The position numbers were made by a program, and so were the translations under genes. A stretch of 59,111 nt of DNA, filler included. It is 4 parts of 4 records of this genome, joined end to end, with 100 filler letters (N's around TTAATTAATTAA, not from the genome) between each part and the next. Parts side by side here need not be neighbours in the genome. Positions count along the whole stretch, not along the records: positions 42,998 to 59,111 come from DRR378314_2610; 3 more parts are not named here. One strand, 5' to 3'. Shown piece by piece: positions 56,474 to 59,111 of the stretch. Numbering within the stretch: position 1 is the stretch's first letter; each line of letters opens with the position of its first letter. The notes below the pieces were generated by a model that was given only the letters and a program-made list of their open reading frames with translations, made no database searches and was not told the DNA's origin.

Positions 56474-57043
56474 TCAGTTGCTATTGTCCAGTTCGTCAAT
56501 CAATTTGTAGCTGGTCGGAGGGTCTGCGCAGATGGTCGGGCCACATTCGATCAGCGTCGAAATCGCGTTCAGCCCCGCCAGGACGAGAAGGGTAAAGAAA
56601 GCCGCTTTGGCCAACCCGCTCGCCCCAAAACGCGGCCCTTGTTGGCCATCACTGGCATATTGCTTGTCGAACATCAGCATGATCGCGGTGCCCAGCAGGA
56701 TCAGAAAGAAGCAGATCGCGGCCCAAGTGTAATAATGCAATCCCAACACAGGAGAGCCATAATGCCCTGTGCCCGGTACGATATGCAGCAGGATTTGCCG
56801 GATCGAAACGCTGCCACCATAAAGTGCGGCAAGCAGCATTAGGGCGTAGTGCCGCGCGCGCGCTCCGTAAAGCAGGTTCAGGCCAAGCCCAACGCCGACT
56901 GCGACAAAGCCGACCCTTTGCAACAGACACAGCGGGCAGGGCAGTTCATTCAGCGAAAACTGATAGGCATAGGCCAGCACAAGTACGAGGCTGATGGCAA
57001 ACGCGCCCATGGCGTTCAGGGTGCGTGACAATTCAGGTGTCAT
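56474..57043 (-). CDS. Disulfide bond formation protein B (DsbB/DsbI-like)
   Basis: ELPCPLCLLQR, RQILLHI.PG, GLH.YTW, and a C-terminal C-x4-C (ECGPTIC). Confidence 0.88.
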   Translation of the reverse strand: MTPELSRTLNAMGAFAISLVLVLAYAYQFSLNELPCPLCLLQRVGFVAVGVGLGLNLLYGARARHYALMLLAALYGGSVSIRQILLHIVPGTGHYGSPVLGLHYYTWAAICFFLILLGTAIMLMFDKQYASDGQQGPRFGASGLAKAAFFTLLVLAGLNAISTLIECGPTICADPPTSYKLIDELDNSN

Positions 57044-57055
57044 GGAAATGCGCCC

Positions 57056-57211
57056 CTATAGCTGAATAGTTAGCGTGCTGGTGGCATGAAATTTCAGCCA
57101 GTAGACGCTCAACGCAAGAGTGATCAGGAATAAGGTGGTTCCGACACTCGTACGGCCAAAATAATTCAACCCCATGGTGACGGTAAGTAACGAAAATAAA
57201 AGCGCGATCAT
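57056..57211 (-). CDS. DUF5993-like small membrane protein (51 aa; absent from the ORF track)
   Basis: MIALLFSLLTVTMGLNYFGRTSVGTTLFLITLALSVYWLKFHATSTLTIQL*: two TMs with an H.T..L...L C-terminus, directly upstream of the DsbB-like gene. Confidence 0.75.
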   Translation of the reverse strand: MIALLFSLLTVTMGLNYFGRTSVGTTLFLITLALSVYWLKFHATSTLTIQL

Positions 57212-57319
57212 GTTCGCTGCCGCCCCCCATGCTTCAAATGCAATTGATCACAGTTTTGTCATCTGGATCGCTATCTGGCAAGCGAAGACAACTTTAATGC
57301 GCAATTGGCGGGTGCGGAA

Positions 57320-58081
57320 TCATCGGCAATCTACGATGCGCGTCTGCCAATCGCGGCATTTCTGCGCCAGCTCTTCTGGAAGCGAGGCATCGACATAGAC
57401 TGTGTCGATGTCTGCCAGCGACGCAATGCGTGCGGGCGCGGTTCGTTGAAATTTGGATATGTCCGCGACAAGGCTGATCTGCCGCGCCTGTTCAATGATC
57501 GTTTGGCTGACCAGCACTTCTTGCAGATCAAAATCCATCAGATCTCCGTCCGCATCCAGTGCTGAACAGCCAATGACCGCATGATCGAACTTAAATTGGC
57601 TGATGGTCGAGACCGCCAAATTTCCGACCAACCCGCTATCTGATCGGCGCAGAACACCACCTGCCAAGACGATTTGGCAATCCGGGTTTTCGACAAGAAT
57701 GTTGGCCACGTTCATGTTGTTGGTCACGATCATGAGGTTCTTGTGACCCAGCAATTGGCGGGCAACAGCCTCGGTCGAGGTGCCGATATTCATAAAGACC
57801 GAGCTGCCTTCGGATATGTCCGCCGCACAGCGCTCGGCGATGCGGGTCTTGGCCTCGTGGTTTAGGGCGCGCCGGTCTTCGTATCCGATATTTGACACGC
57901 CTGAACGCAACACGGCACCCCCGTGAACCCGATCCAACTTGCCCGCTTCGGACAGTTCGGTCAGGTCGCGGCGAATGGTCTGAACGGTCACCTGGAACCG
58001 TTCGGCCAACCCTTCGACAGTAACGCGGCCTTCTTCGCTGGCGATCTCAAGAATGTCAGATTGGCGGAATGATAAAGACAT
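57320..58081 (-). CDS. glpR: DeoR/GlpR transcriptional repressor
   Basis: RQ..IL, VT.QTIRRDL, RVHGGA, NIGTSTE, VTNN; divergent from glpD. Confidence 0.9.
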   Translation of the reverse strand: MSLSFRQSDILEIASEEGRVTVEGLAERFQVTVQTIRRDLTELSEAGKLDRVHGGAVLRSGVSNIGYEDRRALNHEAKTRIAERCAADISEGSSVFMNIGTSTEAVARQLLGHKNLMIVTNNMNVANILVENPDCQIVLAGGVLRRSDSGLVGNLAVSTISQFKFDHAVIGCSALDADGDLMDFDLQEVLVSQTIIEQARQISLVADISKFQRTAPARIASLADIDTVYVDASLPEELAQKCRDWQTRIVDCR

Positions 58082-58183
58082 GGGTGGGCTCTGAGTTTTG
58101 GTGTATTCGTTTTTGTTCTATTTTTGGTCATGAGCAAGAGAAATCATGCGATCTGTTCAATAATTTTGGGTATTATGACTATT

Positions 58184-58200
58184 AACGAATAAAATCGAAA
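58184..58200 (-). promoter_or_regulatory. Candidate GlpR operator
   Basis: Minus strand TTTCGAT-TTT-ATTCGTT resembles the tandem TTTCGTT repeats described for alphaproteobacterial GlpR. Confidence 0.45.
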
Positions 58201-58272
58201 AATAACATTGACGATACGAAGCTATATGCTGCAAATGCGATTGAAGCTGCTACTTTGGGGAATCGTTTGGAA

Positions 58273-59111
58273 ATGTCATCAGAAAGCAGTCAGGTAACCG
58301 ATCTGTTTGTGATCGGTGGCGGCATCAATGGGTGCGGTATCGCAAGGGATGCGGCAGGGCGGGGCCTGAAGGTTACGTTGGCCGAAATGAACGATCTGGC
58401 TTCAGCAACTTCTTCTGCCTCGACCAAGCTGTTCCATGGTGGGTTAAGATATCTGGAGTTTTTCGAGTTTCGTCTTGTACGCGAAGCATTGATTGAACGC
58501 GAGACCTTGCTGCGCGCGATGCCGCATATCAGTTGGCCGATGCGCTTTGTGCTGCCTTACCATCCAGATATGCGTTTCGATTCCGAAACGCCGACCTCGC
58601 GATTGCTGAGCACGGTAATGCCGTGGATGCGCGGACGCCGTCCTGCCTGGCTGGTCCGGCTGGGCCTGTTCCTGTACGACAATCTTGGCGGTCGCAAAAT
58701 CTTGCCCGGCACAAGTTCGTTGAACCTGCGTTCCGCGCTGGAAGGCACCCCTTTGCAGGACAAGTTTGAAACGGCCTATGAATATTCAGATTGCTGGGTT
58801 GAGGATTCACGATTGGTGGTCCTGAACGCCCGCGATGCCGAGGCACGCGGCGCAATGATCATGGTCCGCACCGAGGTTCTTTCGGCGAAGCGGGTCAATG
58901 ACCTGTGGCAAGTCACGATCCGGGACCGGGAGAGTGGCAAGACCGAAGTGATCTTTGCAAAGATGTTGATCAACGCGGGGGGGCCGTGGGTTGGTGACAT
59001 CATTCAGACCAAGATTCACGTAAACTCACGCGAAGGGGTCCGGCTGGTGCGCGGTAGCCATATCGTCACGCCCAGGCTGTTTGATCACGACAAATGCTAT
59101 TTCTTTCAGGG
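58273..59111 (+). CDS. glpD: Glycerol-3-phosphate dehydrogenase (FAD), truncated by window end; absent from the ORF track
   Basis: MSSESSQVTDLFVIGGGINGCGIARDAAGRGL...ATSSASTKLFHGGLRYLE...LVREALIERE; open to the end of the window. Confidence 0.95.
   Translation, partial: MSSESSQVTDLFVIGGGINGCGIARDAAGRGLKVTLAEMNDLASATSSASTKLFHGGLRYLEFFEFRLVREALIERETLLRAMPHISWPMRFVLPYHPDMRFDSETPTSRLLSTVMPWMRGRRPAWLVRLGLFLYDNLGGRKILPGTSSLNLRSALEGTPLQDKFETAYEYSDCWVEDSRLVVLNARDAEARGAMIMVRTEVLSAKRVNDLWQVTIRDRESGKTEVIFAKMLINAGGPWVGDIIQTKIHVNSREGVRLVRGSHIVTPRLFDHDKCYFFQ

Noticed and set aside
1-59111. CRISPR arrays, tRNA/rRNA genes, transposases or integrases
   Set aside because: None recognised by eye on either strand.

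Overview
This window is not one natural locus. It is four contigs joined by artificial 100-bp linkers (N44-TTAATTAATTAA-N44). Contig 1 (1-22751) is a GC-rich, intron-rich eukaryote, probably a protist. It carries an atypical IP3-receptor-family Ca2+ channel, a CRAL-TRIO lipid-binding protein, CutA, a membrane-tethered bZIP factor with a two-TM hairpin and an RTLL motif, and a secreted PHB-depolymerase-like esterase; exon structures were reconstructed by hand from GT..AG sites and frame continuity. Contig 2 (22852-32270) is alphaproteobacterial, Roseobacter/Rhodobacteraceae-like: gltX, DUF2254, GGCT, Rrf2, ybbP-ybbA-tesA, two paralogous small membrane proteins, ettA. Contig 3 (32371-42897) is lower-GC, probably eukaryotic, and gene-poor. 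It has an orphan TPR-like ORF and an ORF with a HEPN-like Rx4H motif whose frame stays open past two TGA codons. Contig 4 (42998-59111) is again Roseobacter-like: acs, a TRAP transporter, ocd/rocF/Lrp, mprF, a DUF5993-DsbB-DUF3302-HlyD-TolC cassette with no obvious pump, glpR and glpD. The best candidates for novelty are the SREBP-like hairpin bZIP, the degenerate IP3R-like channel, the HEPN-like ORF and the pump-less efflux/DsbB cassette. All family calls come from motif recognition, not database searches.
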